DNA of 64,000 bases from Candidatus Eiseniibacteriota bacterium (GCA_013140805.1 JABFRW010000052.1:371-64370); one strand, 5' to 3'. Shown: positions 28,040 through 38,573, counted from the first letter of the stretch. Program-made: numbers and translations. The notes: a model not told the origin generated them from the sequence alone.

Positions 28040-29061
28040 GCTTCGAAGTCACGACACGGTCTGCGGAGCCAGGGTTCCCGCTTCGCGTGCCGCCCGGATC
28101 GCCCGAACTCGTCATCGTTGGCAATCTGCTGATCGACGACCTGGTATTCGAAGACGGGCGCACGCTCGAAGCCGAACCCGGCGGAGCGGTGCTCTACGCA
28201 GCACTCGCGGCCGCCCTCTGGCGCGTGCGGGTCGGAGTGGTGAGCCGTGTCGGCAACGACTATCCGGCCGCGACGCTCGCAGAGCTCGAGTCGCGAGGCG
28301 TCGACCTGTCGGGCCTGCACTCGATCGAGGGCCCGGGCCTGCGCGCCTGGCTTCGCTACGGGCCGGCCGGTCGAGGCGTCGAGCATCGACCCGGCGCAGC
28401 CACACACCTCGCCGCCTCGCCGGAAGTCTCCGAGATTCCGAGTCCGTTTCGGTCGGCCGCATGCATCCACATCGCGCCCATGCCGTTCAATGCCCAGGTC
28501 GAGATCCTCTCGCGGCTGGCGGCAACTGACGCCCGTCCTGCGTTGAGCCTCGATCCGCACGAGGCGATCACGCCCGATCGATTCGATGAGTGGCGTGCGC
28601 TCGCGGCAACGCTCCAGGTGCTTTCGCTCGGACTCGATGAGGTCCGCATCCCCGGCGTGCTCGAGCGACCCGACGCGTTGATCGAGGAACTTCGAGCGTT
28701 CCGATCGCTCGATTTGTTGTTTCGGATGGGCGAACGCGGCGGCGTGCTTTTCGCTCCGCGCGGGGCGTCGGCGGCCGAGCGCTGCGATTGGCGTGCGTGG
28801 GCCCGCCACGTCGTCGACTCGACCGGCGCGGGCGATGCCTTTACCGCGGGTTACCTCGCCGGCCGCGTGCGGGCGCGAAGCCGCGCAGCATCGGTCGCGC
28901 GCGGGCTCGTCTCGGCGAGCTTCGCGCTCGAAGACTTCGGAGCTCGCGGCCTGCTGCGGGCCACGCCCGAGGAGGCCGAGCGACGCCTCGCGCGCGTTCC
29001 CGAACCAGTGCTCGTGCCCCACCCGGCGCGCGACCACCGTGAACCGAATGCCGAGCTGTGA
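28036..29061 (+). CDS. PfkB-family carbohydrate/nucleoside kinase (probable pseudouridine kinase)
   Basis: 'DSTGAGDAFTAGYL' ribokinase signature; GTGA start/stop overlap with the upstream gene; followed by psuG. Confidence 0.8.
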   Translation: MSFEVTTRSAEPGFPLRVPPGSPELVIVGNLLIDDLVFEDGRTLEAEPGGAVLYAALAAALWRVRVGVVSRVGNDYPAATLAELESRGVDLSGLHSIEGPGLRAWLRYGPAGRGVEHRPGAATHLAASPEVSEIPSPFRSAACIHIAPMPFNAQVEILSRLAATDARPALSLDPHEAITPDRFDEWRALAATLQVLSLGLDEVRIPGVLERPDALIEELRAFRSLDLLFRMGERGGVLFAPRGASAAERCDWRAWARHVVDSTGAGDAFTAGYLAGRVRARSRAASVARGLVSASFALEDFGARGLLRATPEEAERRLARVPEPVLVPHPARDHREPNAEL

Positions 29062-29074
29062 TAAGGAGAGCCGC

Positions 29075-29989
29075 ATGACCCGACTGATTCGCATCGCTCC
29101 GTTCGTCGAAGCCGCGTTGCGCGACCACCGCCCGGTCGTCGCACTCGAAACCACGGTGGTGACGCACGGGCTTCCCGAGCCGCAGGGTTTCGAGCTGGCC
29201 GGGGCACTCGAGGCCGAGATCATCCGCCACGGCGCGGTGCCCGCGACCATCGGCGTGCTCAAAGGCTGCGTGCGGGTCGGCCTGTCGCGCGACGAACTCA
29301 GCGAGCTGGCGCACGCACCGGAGGTCGCCAAGCTCAACCTGAGCAACCTCGGCGCTCAGCTCGCCGAAGGCGGTCCCGGCTCGACGACGGTGGCCGCGAC
29401 CATGTTCATCGCTGCGCGCTGCGGCATTCAGGTGTTCGCAACCGGCGGAATCGGCGGGGTGCATCGAGGCGAATCCGAGACCGGCGACGTTTCGGCGGAC
29501 CTCACCGCACTGGCGCATCACCCGGTCGCGGTGGTGTGCGCGGGCGCCAAGGCGGTGCTGGACCTGCCGCGCACGGTCGAGGCCCTGGAAACCCTCGGCG
29601 TGCCGATTCTGGGCTTCGGCACCGCGGAGTTCCCGGCCTTCTGGCGGCGGTCGAGCGGCTTGCCCGTGGATCGGCGCTACGACGAACTGGCGCCGCTCGC
29701 GCGCGCGATCCGCGCGCACTGGGAGCTGGGTGCCACCAGCGGCGTGGTGGTCGCGAATCCGATCCCGGAGGCTGACGAGATGGACGCGGCACTCTACGAG
29801 ACCGCATTGAATCAGGCGCTGTCCGACGCGCGACAGCGGCAGTCGAGTGGTCGCGACGTGACGCCATTCCTGCTCGACCGCATGCGCGAACTGACCGGCG
29901 GCGCGAGCGTGCAATCGAACCTGGCGCTCCTTGTGAACAACGCTCGAGTCGCAGCGGAGCTGGCCGCCGCGATCGAGGCGGTGCGCTGA
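29075..29989 (+). CDS. psuG: Pseudouridine-5'-phosphate glycosidase (IndA family)
   Basis: 'VVALETTVVTHGLPEPQ' N-terminus; strong SD aaggagag upstream. Confidence 0.9.
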   Translation: MTRLIRIAPFVEAALRDHRPVVALETTVVTHGLPEPQGFELAGALEAEIIRHGAVPATIGVLKGCVRVGLSRDELSELAHAPEVAKLNLSNLGAQLAEGGPGSTTVAATMFIAARCGIQVFATGGIGGVHRGESETGDVSADLTALAHHPVAVVCAGAKAVLDLPRTVEALETLGVPILGFGTAEFPAFWRRSSGLPVDRRYDELAPLARAIRAHWELGATSGVVVANPIPEADEMDAALYETALNQALSDARQRQSSGRDVTPFLLDRMRELTGGASVQSNLALLVNNARVAAELAAAIEAVR

Positions 29990-29995
29990 GTCCGC

Positions 29996-30853
29996 CTACA
30001 ACACCTCGGCCGAGAAGGTGTCGCCCTCTCGCATGTCGCCGGTCTCGTAGCCGCGCATGAACCAGCGCTGGCGCTGCTCGGAAGTGCCGTGTGTGAACGC
30101 GTCGGGAACCACGTAGCCCTGCGACTGCTTCTGCAGGCGGTCGTCGCCGATCGCTTCGGCCGCCGCCATCGCTTCTTCGACGTCGCCGGGTTCCAGAACA
30201 CCCTTGTCGCGCTGGGTGTGATGCGCCCACACGCCGGCGTAGAAGTCGGCCTGCAGTTCGAGCCGCACCGAGAGCCGGTTGTACTCGGACGCGCTGAGCC
30301 GACTCTTCATGGCGTGCACCTTGTCGGTGACGCCGAGCAGGTTCTGCACGTGATGTCCGACTTCGTGCGCGATGACGTAGGCCTGGGCGAAGTCGCCCGG
30401 GGCGCCGAGGCGCTGGCGCAGCAGTTCGTAGAACGACAGGTCGATGTAGACGTGCCGGTCCTCGGGGCAATAGAACGGGCCGACGGCCGCGTTCGCCAGA
30501 CCGCAGGCCGACTCGACGCGATCCGTGAACAGGGTCAGCTGAGGATCTTCGTACTGGCGCCCGAAGCGCTGGAACTCCGACTTCCACACGTCTTCGGTCT
30601 GGGCCAGCACCACCGCCACGAACTGGCTCATTTCGTCGTTCGCGGGCGGTGCTGCGCCCTGCGTCGCCGTCGGCGCCGGATTCGTGCTGTCGAGACCGAG
30701 CTGGTTGAGCAGCTGCCCCGGGTCAACGCCCGTGAAGAGCGCGATCAGCAGCACGATCACGAGGCCGCCGCCACCCAGCGCCAGTCCGCCAGCCGCTCCC
30801 CGACCTCGGCGATCCTCGACGTTGTCGCTGCGACGTTCGTTCTGCCAGCGCAT
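29996..30853 (-). CDS. Membrane-anchored neutral zinc metallopeptidase (YpfJ family, PF04228)
   Basis: 'HEVGHHVQ' zinc site; N-terminal TM helix. Confidence 0.85.
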   Translation of the reverse strand: MRWQNERRSDNVEDRRGRGAAGGLALGGGGLVIVLLIALFTGVDPGQLLNQLGLDSTNPAPTATQGAAPPANDEMSQFVAVVLAQTEDVWKSEFQRFGRQYEDPQLTLFTDRVESACGLANAAVGPFYCPEDRHVYIDLSFYELLRQRLGAPGDFAQAYVIAHEVGHHVQNLLGVTDKVHAMKSRLSASEYNRLSVRLELQADFYAGVWAHHTQRDKGVLEPGDVEEAMAAAEAIGDDRLQKQSQGYVVPDAFTHGTSEQRQRWFMRGYETGDMREGDTFSAEVL

Positions 30854-31067
30854 GTTCGACCTCCGTTGACGGTTCGCGACTCGAATGTGGCCGCGAGTAT
30901 GCGACACGACCCGACCCCTCGCCACCTTGCCACCGCGTCCGTCGCGTGCGAACGGGCGATCGTCGGGGACGCGTGGCGCGGGTCGGGTCGGATGTCAACG
31001 TTTCAGGGGCGTGGGCCGTCATACCGCTCGGCCACCCGAACTTGCTCACCCCCTCGAGAGATCCGAC

Positions 31068-33662
31068 ATGTCGCCGCGCTCCCTGATGATCATCGGTCTC
31101 CTCGCGCTGGCTGCTCCGGCGATGGCACTCGCCGCCGCTGCGCCGCCGCACCCGCCAATTCAAGCCCAGCGACTCGCCGCGCCGATCACCATCGACGGCC
31201 GACTCGACGAAGCCGTGTGGTCGAGCGGCACGCCGATCACGGCCTTCTACCAGGCCGGACCGGACCAGGGCGAGCCGTCCTCCCAGAAATCCGAAGTGCG
31301 CGTCTACTACGACGATGACGCGCTCTATGTGGGCGCCCGACTGTGGGACAGCGCCCCCGACTCGATGATCGCGCGGCTGTCGCGGCGCGACGTGTCGGTG
31401 CCGTCCGATCGCTTCTCGGTCTACCTGGACCCGTACCACGACAAGCGGAGCGGTTATTACTTCCTCATCAATTCTGCCGGCACGCTGTTCGATGGAACGC
31501 TCTCGAACGACGGCTGGGAGGACACCTCGTGGGACGGGGTGTGGAACGCGCAGGCCCATCGTGATTCGAAAGGCTGGACCGCCGAGTACCGCATTCCGTT
31601 CTCGCAGCTGCGCTTTCAGAACGCCACCCCGCAGGTGTGGGGCATCAACTTCCGGCGCGTGATCCTGCGCCGCAACGAAGAGGCGTTCGTCGCCTATCAG
31701 CCGCGCGACGAGAGCGGCTTCGTTTCGCGCTGGCCGGAGCTGGTGGGCCTCGACGGGCTGCACGCTTCGCGCACGGTCGAGCTGCTGCCTTACGCGACCA
31801 GCAAGGGCGAGTTCGTGAATCGCGTGAGCGGCGATCCGTTCCACGACGGTTCCCGCATCAATGGGGACATCGGGTTCGACCTGCGGACCTCGATCGGCAG
31901 CCGCATGACGCTCAACGGCACCGTCAATCCCGATTTCGGGCAGGTCGAGGTCGATCCGGCGAGCCTCAACTTGAGCGACGTGGAGACCTTTTTCCAGGAG
32001 AAGCGCCCGTTCTTCGTCGAAGGCTCGTCGAACTTCCGATTCGGCAACGAGGGCGCGAGCGACTACTGGAACTTCAACTGGCCGGAGCCGACGTTCTTCT
32101 ACAGCCGCCGCATCGGCCGCTCACCGCAGGGCTCGCTCCCCGGCACGCCGGACCCCGACAACGACGTGGTCTACGCCGACGTGCCGATCGGCACGACCAT
32201 TCTGGGTGCCGCCAAGCTGACGGGGAAGATCACGCCCAGCACCAACTTTGGCACCCTGCACGCGATCACCGCTCGGGAGCGCGCGAAGATGTGGGTGAAT
32301 GGCATCGATTCCAAGGCCGAGGTCGAGCCATTCGCTTACTACGGGGTGATGCGCGGGCTGCGTGAATTCAAGGACCGCAAGCAGGGACTCGGCAGCATGG
32401 TGTCGCTGGTGCAGCGCTCGTTCGACCGCGACGACCTGAGCAACGAACTCAACCAGACCAGCGCGGTCGGAGCACTCGACGGCTGGACCTCATTCGGACC
32501 GAACCGGCTCTGGGTGCTGTCGGGATGGGCCGCCGGTACCCATGTGCGCGGAACCGAACACCGCATGCTGGCGCTTCAGCAGAGTTCGCGCCGCTACTAC
32601 CAGCGTCCCGACGCGGGCCACGTCTCGCTCGACCCTGATGCCACTTCGCTAAGCGGTGCCGGTGCGCGCGTGTGGCTCAACAAGGAGCGCGGGCAGTGGA
32701 CGACGAACTCGGCGTTCGGCGTGATCTCGCCGGGCTTCGAGATGAACGACATGGGATTCCAGACCCGTTCCGACGTGACCAACGGACACGTCTCGGTGAG
32801 CCGGCGCTTCAGCACGCCCGGCAAGTACCGCCAGTACCTGCAGCTGAACGGGGCGCTGTTCGGAGCCACCGATCTCGACGGAAACTTCACCAACGGCGGC
32901 ATCTTCCACAGCGGCAGCCTCGAGTTCCGCAACCGCGTGAGCCTCGAGTGGTGGGACACCTACAACCCGCCCGCCACCAGCGTGCGCGGGACGCGTGGTG
33001 GCCCGCGTATGAAGCTTCCGGGCGGATTCGAGAGCGGTTTCTACCTCGACAGCGACGGAACGCGCACGCGCTTCTACTCGCTGAACGGCAACCTGTACGT
33101 GAAGGCAGACGGCAGCCAGGACTGGTCGATCAGTCCGTACATGGAGTGGAAGCCGGTTTCGAACGTGCTGCTGAGCTTCGGCCCCGGGTTCAATCGTTCG
33201 ATCGAGAAGTCGATGTACGTCGAGACGATCGAAGATCCGCTCGCGACCTCGACGTTCGGCAATCGCTACGTATTCGCGAATCTCGATCAGACCACGATCT
33301 CGACCAACTTCCGGCTGTCGTGGGCGTTCACGCCGACGATCAGCCTGCAGACCTACGTACAGCCCTATCTGTCGGCCGGGACGTACACGAACTACAAGGC
33401 GCTGGCTCAGCCGAACACGCGCGAGTTCGTGGCGACGGTTCCGAGCGCTCCACAGGACTTCAACTACAAGTCGCTGCGCGGCAGTGCCGTGTTCCGTTAC
33501 GAGTACATGCCGGGTTCGACGCTCTACCTGGTGTGGACGCAGGATCGCTCGGACTACGTCGAGAACGGCGAGTTCGAGTTCGGGCGCGACGCGCAGCGCC
33601 TGTTCGATCGCGACGGCGACAACATCTACCTGGCGAAGGTCACCTACTACCTGGGGCTCTGA
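31068..33662 (+). CDS. DUF5916-family outer-membrane protein with N-terminal CBM9/DOMON-like domain
   Basis: Signal peptide; 'ITIDGRLDEAVWS...' CBM9-like start; 865 aa. Confidence 0.8.
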   Translation: MSPRSLMIIGLLALAAPAMALAAAAPPHPPIQAQRLAAPITIDGRLDEAVWSSGTPITAFYQAGPDQGEPSSQKSEVRVYYDDDALYVGARLWDSAPDSMIARLSRRDVSVPSDRFSVYLDPYHDKRSGYYFLINSAGTLFDGTLSNDGWEDTSWDGVWNAQAHRDSKGWTAEYRIPFSQLRFQNATPQVWGINFRRVILRRNEEAFVAYQPRDESGFVSRWPELVGLDGLHASRTVELLPYATSKGEFVNRVSGDPFHDGSRINGDIGFDLRTSIGSRMTLNGTVNPDFGQVEVDPASLNLSDVETFFQEKRPFFVEGSSNFRFGNEGASDYWNFNWPEPTFFYSRRIGRSPQGSLPGTPDPDNDVVYADVPIGTTILGAAKLTGKITPSTNFGTLHAITARERAKMWVNGIDSKAEVEPFAYYGVMRGLREFKDRKQGLGSMVSLVQRSFDRDDLSNELNQTSAVGALDGWTSFGPNRLWVLSGWAAGTHVRGTEHRMLALQQSSRRYYQRPDAGHVSLDPDATSLSGAGARVWLNKERGQWTTNSAFGVISPGFEMNDMGFQTRSDVTNGHVSVSRRFSTPGKYRQYLQLNGALFGATDLDGNFTNGGIFHSGSLEFRNRVSLEWWDTYNPPATSVRGTRGGPRMKLPGGFESGFYLDSDGTRTRFYSLNGNLYVKADGSQDWSISPYMEWKPVSNVLLSFGPGFNRSIEKSMYVETIEDPLATSTFGNRYVFANLDQTTISTNFRLSWAFTPTISLQTYVQPYLSAGTYTNYKALAQPNTREFVATVPSAPQDFNYKSLRGSAVFRYEYMPGSTLYLVWTQDRSDYVENGEFEFGRDAQRLFDRDGDNIYLAKVTYYLGL

Positions 33663-33727
33663 TCCCGGGCGCGACCCGCGAGTCGCGAAGCAGCTCGCTC
33701 TCCAGCTCCGGACCGGGCGGGAAGCGA

Positions 33728-33759
33728 AACGAGGCCCGGCGCAGTTGCCGGGCCTCGTT
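33728..33759. terminator. Bidirectional 13-bp stem hairpin (aacgaggcccggc-gcagtt-gccgggcctcgtt) between convergent genes
   Basis: Perfect inverted repeat in the 119-bp convergent intergenic region. Confidence 0.65.
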
Positions 33760-33781
33760 GCACGTTCGGCGGTCGACGCGC

Positions 33782-34762
33782 TCAGCGCGCCATGATGATC
33801 TTCTGCGTCAGCGCGACTTCGCGACCCGGTGCCTTGAGCTTGAGGAAGTAGATCCCGTTGCGCGCGTAGTCGCCGGCTTCGGTCCGACCGCTCCAGGTGC
33901 TCGCGTGCGTACCGGGCGGGCGGGACTCGTGCATCAGCGTCTTCACGCGACGTCCGGCCGCATCAAAGACCGCCAGATCGACGAAGCCGCCGACCGGGAT
34001 CGTGAAGTCGATGTTCGTGCACACCTTCATGGGATTCGGGAACGGCTTCTCGAGCGCGTAGCTCAGATCGAGCGGCGAAGGTCCGACGCCCACCGCACCA
34101 CCGGCTGCCATGCTGTCCGAGGTCGTGAAGATGTAGTCGTCGCTGCCGAACGAACTGCCGTCGCCGTTCGCCGAATTGCCGGCTGCGAAGAAATAGACGG
34201 TGCCCTCGGTCGCGGCCGGCGCGGTCCACAGCAGATTCCATTCGATGCTGGGGCCGGGATTGCCCTCACGAATCGAGCCGCACATCATTTCGAAATCGCG
34301 GAATGGATCGCAGGTGTGTTCGAGGTAACGGCGATTGCGGTAGACGCTGCTGGCGGCAGTCTTGGTGATCTGGAACGAGTCCGGCTGCGCGCCGTTGACG
34401 GGGGCCCAGCTTCCGAGGCTGTCGCCGGTCTGCGAAGACACCGCCTGGATCTCGAATCCCCACCGAACAAAACCCTGTTCGGGAGGCGGCAGCTGCGGCC
34501 ACGTGTGCGTGAGTCGCAGGCGCAGCGGGTAGGTGATCCCGGCGTCGTAGGTCTCCGGCAGGTCGAGGATCTCGAGCTGCCCGACCGGCAAGTTGAGCGG
34601 ATTGCCGTTGTGGCACAGCGTGCAATTCGACTCGGCGGCCTTGTTGGCGACCGCGAATGCTCCGGTGCGCGCGGCTGGCGGCCCGGTCGAGAAAGCGAAC
34701 GCGATCGATGCGCCCAGAATCAGCGCGACAAGGATGGCGGCCCGAAAGATGTGGCGCGACAT
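33782..34762 (-). CDS. Secreted CxxCH (putative mono-heme c-type) protein with T9SS C-terminal sorting domain
   Basis: Signal peptide; 'SNCTLCHNG' heme-attachment motif; C-terminus 'PFPNPMKV...GIYFLKLKAPGREVALTQKIIMAR'. Confidence 0.65.
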   Translation of the reverse strand: MSRHIFRAAILVALILGASIAFAFSTGPPAARTGAFAVANKAAESNCTLCHNGNPLNLPVGQLEILDLPETYDAGITYPLRLRLTHTWPQLPPPEQGFVRWGFEIQAVSSQTGDSLGSWAPVNGAQPDSFQITKTAASSVYRNRRYLEHTCDPFRDFEMMCGSIREGNPGPSIEWNLLWTAPAATEGTVYFFAAGNSANGDGSSFGSDDYIFTTSDSMAAGGAVGVGPSPLDLSYALEKPFPNPMKVCTNIDFTIPVGGFVDLAVFDAAGRRVKTLMHESRPPGTHASTWSGRTEAGDYARNGIYFLKLKAPGREVALTQKIIMAR

Positions 34763-34828
34763 GGGCGATCTCCGATCGGGGGAAGCGGAGGAAGGGTGGG
34801 TCAAGCTGCCGCCGACGATGATAGTCGA

Positions 34829-34844
34829 GAAATCGACCGATTTC
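34829..34844. promoter_or_regulatory. Palindrome GAAATCG-AC-CGATTTC in the divergent promoter region (possible operator)
   Basis: 7-bp perfect arms in the 192-bp divergent intergenic region. Confidence 0.3.
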
Positions 34845-34954
34845 CGTATCGAATTTGCCCCTGCCTCGGGACTCGGAGATGACCGTTTCCGCGGGTCGGG
34901 GCTATACTGCGGCCCGTTTTGAGCATCCTTTCCAGCGCTCAGCAAGGAGCCCCC

Positions 34955-36148
34955 GTGAACGAACTCGTCGCCGCGCTGCGGTTACGCGATCCCGTGGTCG
35001 AAGCCGCTCGCGTCCGGCTGCTGGCCGGCGAACGCCTGAGCCAGGAGGACGGCCTGCGCCTGTATGACGCCCCGGTGATGGAACTGGGGCGGCTGGCCGA
35101 TGCAGTGGCGCGAGATCGGCATGGGGACCGCGTGTACTTCACGGTCAATCGTCAGCTCAATCCGACCAACGTCTGCGTGCTGGCCTGCAAGTTCTGCGAC
35201 TACGCGAAGAAGCCCGACGATCCGACCGCCTACACGATGACGAAGGAACAGATTCTCGGGCACGTGGACTCCGAGATCACCGAGATCCACATCGTGGGCG
35301 GGCTCCACAACAAGTGGCGCTTCGACGACTACCTGAACGTGATCCGGTGGGTGAAGGAGAAGAAGCCGAGCCTGAGCGTCAAGGCCTACACGGCGGTCGA
35401 GATCGACTTCTTCTGCCGACTCACCAAACAGTCGGTCGAGTGGGTGCTGACCGAGTTGAAGCAGGTGGGGCTCGATGCACTGCCGGGCGGTGGCGCCGAA
35501 GTGTTCAGCGAGCGGGTGCGGCGCGAGATCTTCCATCAGAAGATCGGTGCACAGCGCTGGCTGGAGATTCACGAGACCGCACATCGGCTCGGGATCCCCA
35601 GCAACTCGACGCTGCTCTACGGCCACATCGAGACGCGCGCCGAGCGCGTTCAGCACCTGATCATGTTGCGCGATCTCGAGGATCGAGCACCCGGCTTCTT
35701 CGCCTTCATCCCGCTCGCGTTTCAGCCCGGCACCACGGGCCTGGTGCGCCGGCAGGTGTCGGCGATCGAAGACCTCAAGACCATCGCGATCTCGCGGCTG
35801 GTATTCGACAACGTGAAGCACGTGAAGAGCTACTGGATCATGCTCGGACAGGACACGGCGGCGGCCGGCATTCACTTTGGCGCTAGCGATCTCGACGGCA
35901 CGATCGGCCAGGAGAAGATCGCGCACGCCGCCCTGGCCCGCAGCCCGATCGGCATGGCCGAGGCCGGCATGGTGCAGATGATCCGCGAAGCCGGAAAGAT
36001 CCCGGTGCAGAGAGACGCGCTGTACCGGGTGATTCGCGAGTATCCGCGGCGCGAAGTCGAAGATGCTCTGTCGAGCTTCACGGGGGTGACGGTGCGGCGG
36101 ACGGAGCCCTCGGCCGGCGGTGTCGCAACCATCGAGGCGCCGCGATGA
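34955..36148 (+). CDS. Radical-SAM MqnE/MqnC-family enzyme (aminofutalosine synthase or cyclic dehypoxanthinyl-futalosine synthase)
   Basis: 'CVLACKFCDY' CxxxCxxC cluster motif; AAGGAG-N5-GTG start. Confidence 0.9.
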   Translation: MNELVAALRLRDPVVEAARVRLLAGERLSQEDGLRLYDAPVMELGRLADAVARDRHGDRVYFTVNRQLNPTNVCVLACKFCDYAKKPDDPTAYTMTKEQILGHVDSEITEIHIVGGLHNKWRFDDYLNVIRWVKEKKPSLSVKAYTAVEIDFFCRLTKQSVEWVLTELKQVGLDALPGGGAEVFSERVRREIFHQKIGAQRWLEIHETAHRLGIPSNSTLLYGHIETRAERVQHLIMLRDLEDRAPGFFAFIPLAFQPGTTGLVRRQVSAIEDLKTIAISRLVFDNVKHVKSYWIMLGQDTAAAGIHFGASDLDGTIGQEKIAHAALARSPIGMAEAGMVQMIREAGKIPVQRDALYRVIREYPRREVEDALSSFTGVTVRRTEPSAGGVATIEAPR

Positions 36149-36522
36149 AGCACTCTCCGGGGTTTCTCGCGCTCGTCAACGACGCCAAGTCGCGCGTGAA
36201 GCAGATGTCGATCGAGGACTACCGCCGTCGCGTCGCGGCCGGCGAGGCGTTCGTGCTGGTCGACACTCGCGAAGACAACGAGTGGGCGAGCGCGCATGCG
36301 ACCGGTGCCATGCACCTGAGCAAGGGCGTGATCGAGCGCGAGATCGAACAGGCGGTGCCCGAGAAGGACGCCCCGGTGGTGCTCTACTGCGGCGGCGGCT
36401 TCCGAAGTGCTCTGGTGGCCGACAACCTTCAGAAGATGGGCTACACCAACGTGATCTCGCTCGACGGCGGCTGGCGCGGCTGGGTCGCGGCCGGGCTCCC
36501 GACCGAAAAGGGTGGCGCGTGA
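36145..36522 (+). CDS. Single-domain rhodanese (sulfurtransferase) protein
   Basis: Active-site 'YCGGGFRS'; ATGA overlap with the upstream gene. Confidence 0.85.
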   Translation: MKHSPGFLALVNDAKSRVKQMSIEDYRRRVAAGEAFVLVDTREDNEWASAHATGAMHLSKGVIEREIEQAVPEKDAPVVLYCGGGFRSALVADNLQKMGYTNVISLDGGWRGWVAAGLPTEKGGA

Positions 36523-38570
36523 GCGCGCCGCGCTGCATGACGACGGCCGCGATCGCGTGCGCACTCGCGTGTGGCTCGGTGGCGACGTTCGCGCACCCCG
36601 GACACTCCGACGTGGTGCCGGACACGCAGGTCGTGCGGCTGCCCGAGGAGATCGTGAGCGCGCTGCGCAGCACCGAGGACGCGCGGCGGTTGCCGGCTGC
36701 CACGTTCGTGCTCAAGCGCGGCGAGCTGGTCGCACGCGCCGACGCGCGCGTCTCGACGCTGCTCGCGAACCTGCCTGGGCTCTACGCCTATCGCACCGGT
36801 CCGGGCGGCGAGCCGCTGACCGTCGATCCGCGTGGCTTCACGGCGAACGGCGAGGTCTCGTACCTCAAGGTGCTGGTGGATGGCAACGACGTGCGCGACC
36901 TGGAGAACGGATTCGTCGACTGGGACTGGGTGCCGCCCGCGGATATCGAACGCGTCGAGGTGATCGAGGGGCCGGGCGCATGGCTCTACGGCGATGGTGC
37001 AGAGGGCGGGATCGTGAACATCGTGCGGCGCGCGCCGCTGCAGGGGCTCGAACCATTCGCGCGGCTGCGGCTCGGTGACTTCGAAAATCGCGGCGGCGAA
37101 CTGGGCCTGCGCGGCGGTCGCGGCGAGTGGAGCGGACTCGTGAGTGGCCGCGGGCGCGACGTCGAGGGCTGGCGCGACCGCAGCGCCGAGCAGATGCGGG
37201 GCGGAAGTGTGTCGCTGCGGCGCCCGCTCGGTGGTCCGATCGGGCTCACGCTCGACGTGCGGTGGCTCGATGCCGAGCGCGAGGAGCCCGGCTCCCTCAC
37301 ACCCGAAGCGTTCTACGCGGATCCCGCCGAGGCCGAGACTCCGATCGACTTCACGAACCAGGAGCGCAGCGCGGTCGCGCTCACGCTCACGCACTCGAAT
37401 GTGATGGGTGGCGAGCTCAAGCTGGCGCCGTTCGCGCGCCGCGAACTCACCGAACAGATTCGCACGATCTTCTTCGACCCCTCGCGTCATCGCAGCGATG
37501 GCACCTCGATCGGTGGCGAACTGTCGTGGAGCCGTGTGTTCGCGCCGATGCAGCATGCGCTGCGTCTCGACCTCGGCTATCAGGTGGACCGGGGCGAACT
37601 GGAGACCGAGTGGGACAACCGAGAGTTCTTCGGTTTCTTCCCGAATCGGACCGCGGGCACCGGAACGCGGCTCTCGCACTCGCTGTTTTCTGCGCTGCGG
37701 TGGGACGCGACGCCCGCGCTGGTTGCGCGTGCCGGGCTGCGCGGCGACTGGCTCTCGGTCGAGTTCGAGCCCGACGCCACGAGCTCGCCGGTGCCGCCTG
37801 AAGTTCCCGCGCGCACGCTGTCGGCGACGAGTCCATTTCTCGCCGTGACTCATGCGCTCGGTGACCGCGCACATGCCTACGCCAGCGTGAGCGGCGCCTT
37901 CCATGCGCCGACGCTCAATCAGTTGTTCGATCCGCACGCGTTCCCGGCGCTGTTTCCGCCCGGCTACATCCTGATTTCGAACGGCTCGCTCGAGCCGCAG
38001 CGCGCCACCAGCTTCGAAGTCGGCGCGCGCTGGGACGACGAGAGTGGTGCGAGTGCCGCGCTCACGCTCTATCACGTGAGTGTGAAGGACGAGATCGACT
38101 TCGACGTTTCGACGTTTCAGTACGGGAACATCGGCAAGAGCCTCCATCAGGGAGCGCTCGCGCGGGTGCGGTGTCCATTGCCGATGGGTCTGATGGCCGA
38201 ACTCGACGGCACGGTTTCGCCGACCACGATTCGCGACGGCTCGCTCGACGGCAACCAGATCAACGCGGTGCCGAAGGGGCACGCGAGTGGACGCCTGGCG
38301 TGGCGCTGCGAGGATCGCTTCGCACTCGATGCCGGGGCGCGCTGGGTCGCCAGGCAGTTCCTCGACAAGGAGAACGTCTACCCGCTCGGCGAGTACACCG
38401 CCCTGGATCTCGGCGGCAGTGCTCGCGTGTCGCGGACCCGCGTCTCGCTGCGGGTCCTGAATCTGCTCGATCGCCGCTACGCGGATACCGGATTCCTCGG
38501 GGCGTTCGGCGAGGAGCGGTGGATCCCGGCCGCGCCTCGAACCGTGGTCGCCTCGCTCTCGTTCGAATAG
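36519..38570 (+). CDS. TonB-dependent receptor (plug + barrel)
   Basis: Plug motif 'RVEVIEGPGAWLYGDGAEGGIVNIVRR'; GTGA overlap with the rhodanese stop. Confidence 0.8.
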   Translation: MSAPRCMTTAAIACALACGSVATFAHPGHSDVVPDTQVVRLPEEIVSALRSTEDARRLPAATFVLKRGELVARADARVSTLLANLPGLYAYRTGPGGEPLTVDPRGFTANGEVSYLKVLVDGNDVRDLENGFVDWDWVPPADIERVEVIEGPGAWLYGDGAEGGIVNIVRRAPLQGLEPFARLRLGDFENRGGELGLRGGRGEWSGLVSGRGRDVEGWRDRSAEQMRGGSVSLRRPLGGPIGLTLDVRWLDAEREEPGSLTPEAFYADPAEAETPIDFTNQERSAVALTLTHSNVMGGELKLAPFARRELTEQIRTIFFDPSRHRSDGTSIGGELSWSRVFAPMQHALRLDLGYQVDRGELETEWDNREFFGFFPNRTAGTGTRLSHSLFSALRWDATPALVARAGLRGDWLSVEFEPDATSSPVPPEVPARTLSATSPFLAVTHALGDRAHAYASVSGAFHAPTLNQLFDPHAFPALFPPGYILISNGSLEPQRATSFEVGARWDDESGASAALTLYHVSVKDEIDFDVSTFQYGNIGKSLHQGALARVRCPLPMGLMAELDGTVSPTTIRDGSLDGNQINAVPKGHASGRLAWRCEDRFALDAGARWVARQFLDKENVYPLGEYTALDLGGSARVSRTRVSLRVLNLLDRRYADTGFLGAFGEERWIPAAPRTVVASLSFE

Positions 38571-38573
38571 CAC

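Noticed and set aside
32672-34882. 736-aa plus-strand ORF spanning two real genes
   Set aside because: Overlaps the DUF5916 gene in another frame and runs antisense through the CxxCH/T9SS gene; composition (R/A/G-rich) typical of spurious high-GC ORFs.
36441-38573. 710-aa minus-strand ORF
   Set aside because: Antisense to the TonB-dependent receptor, which has a recognisable plug motif.
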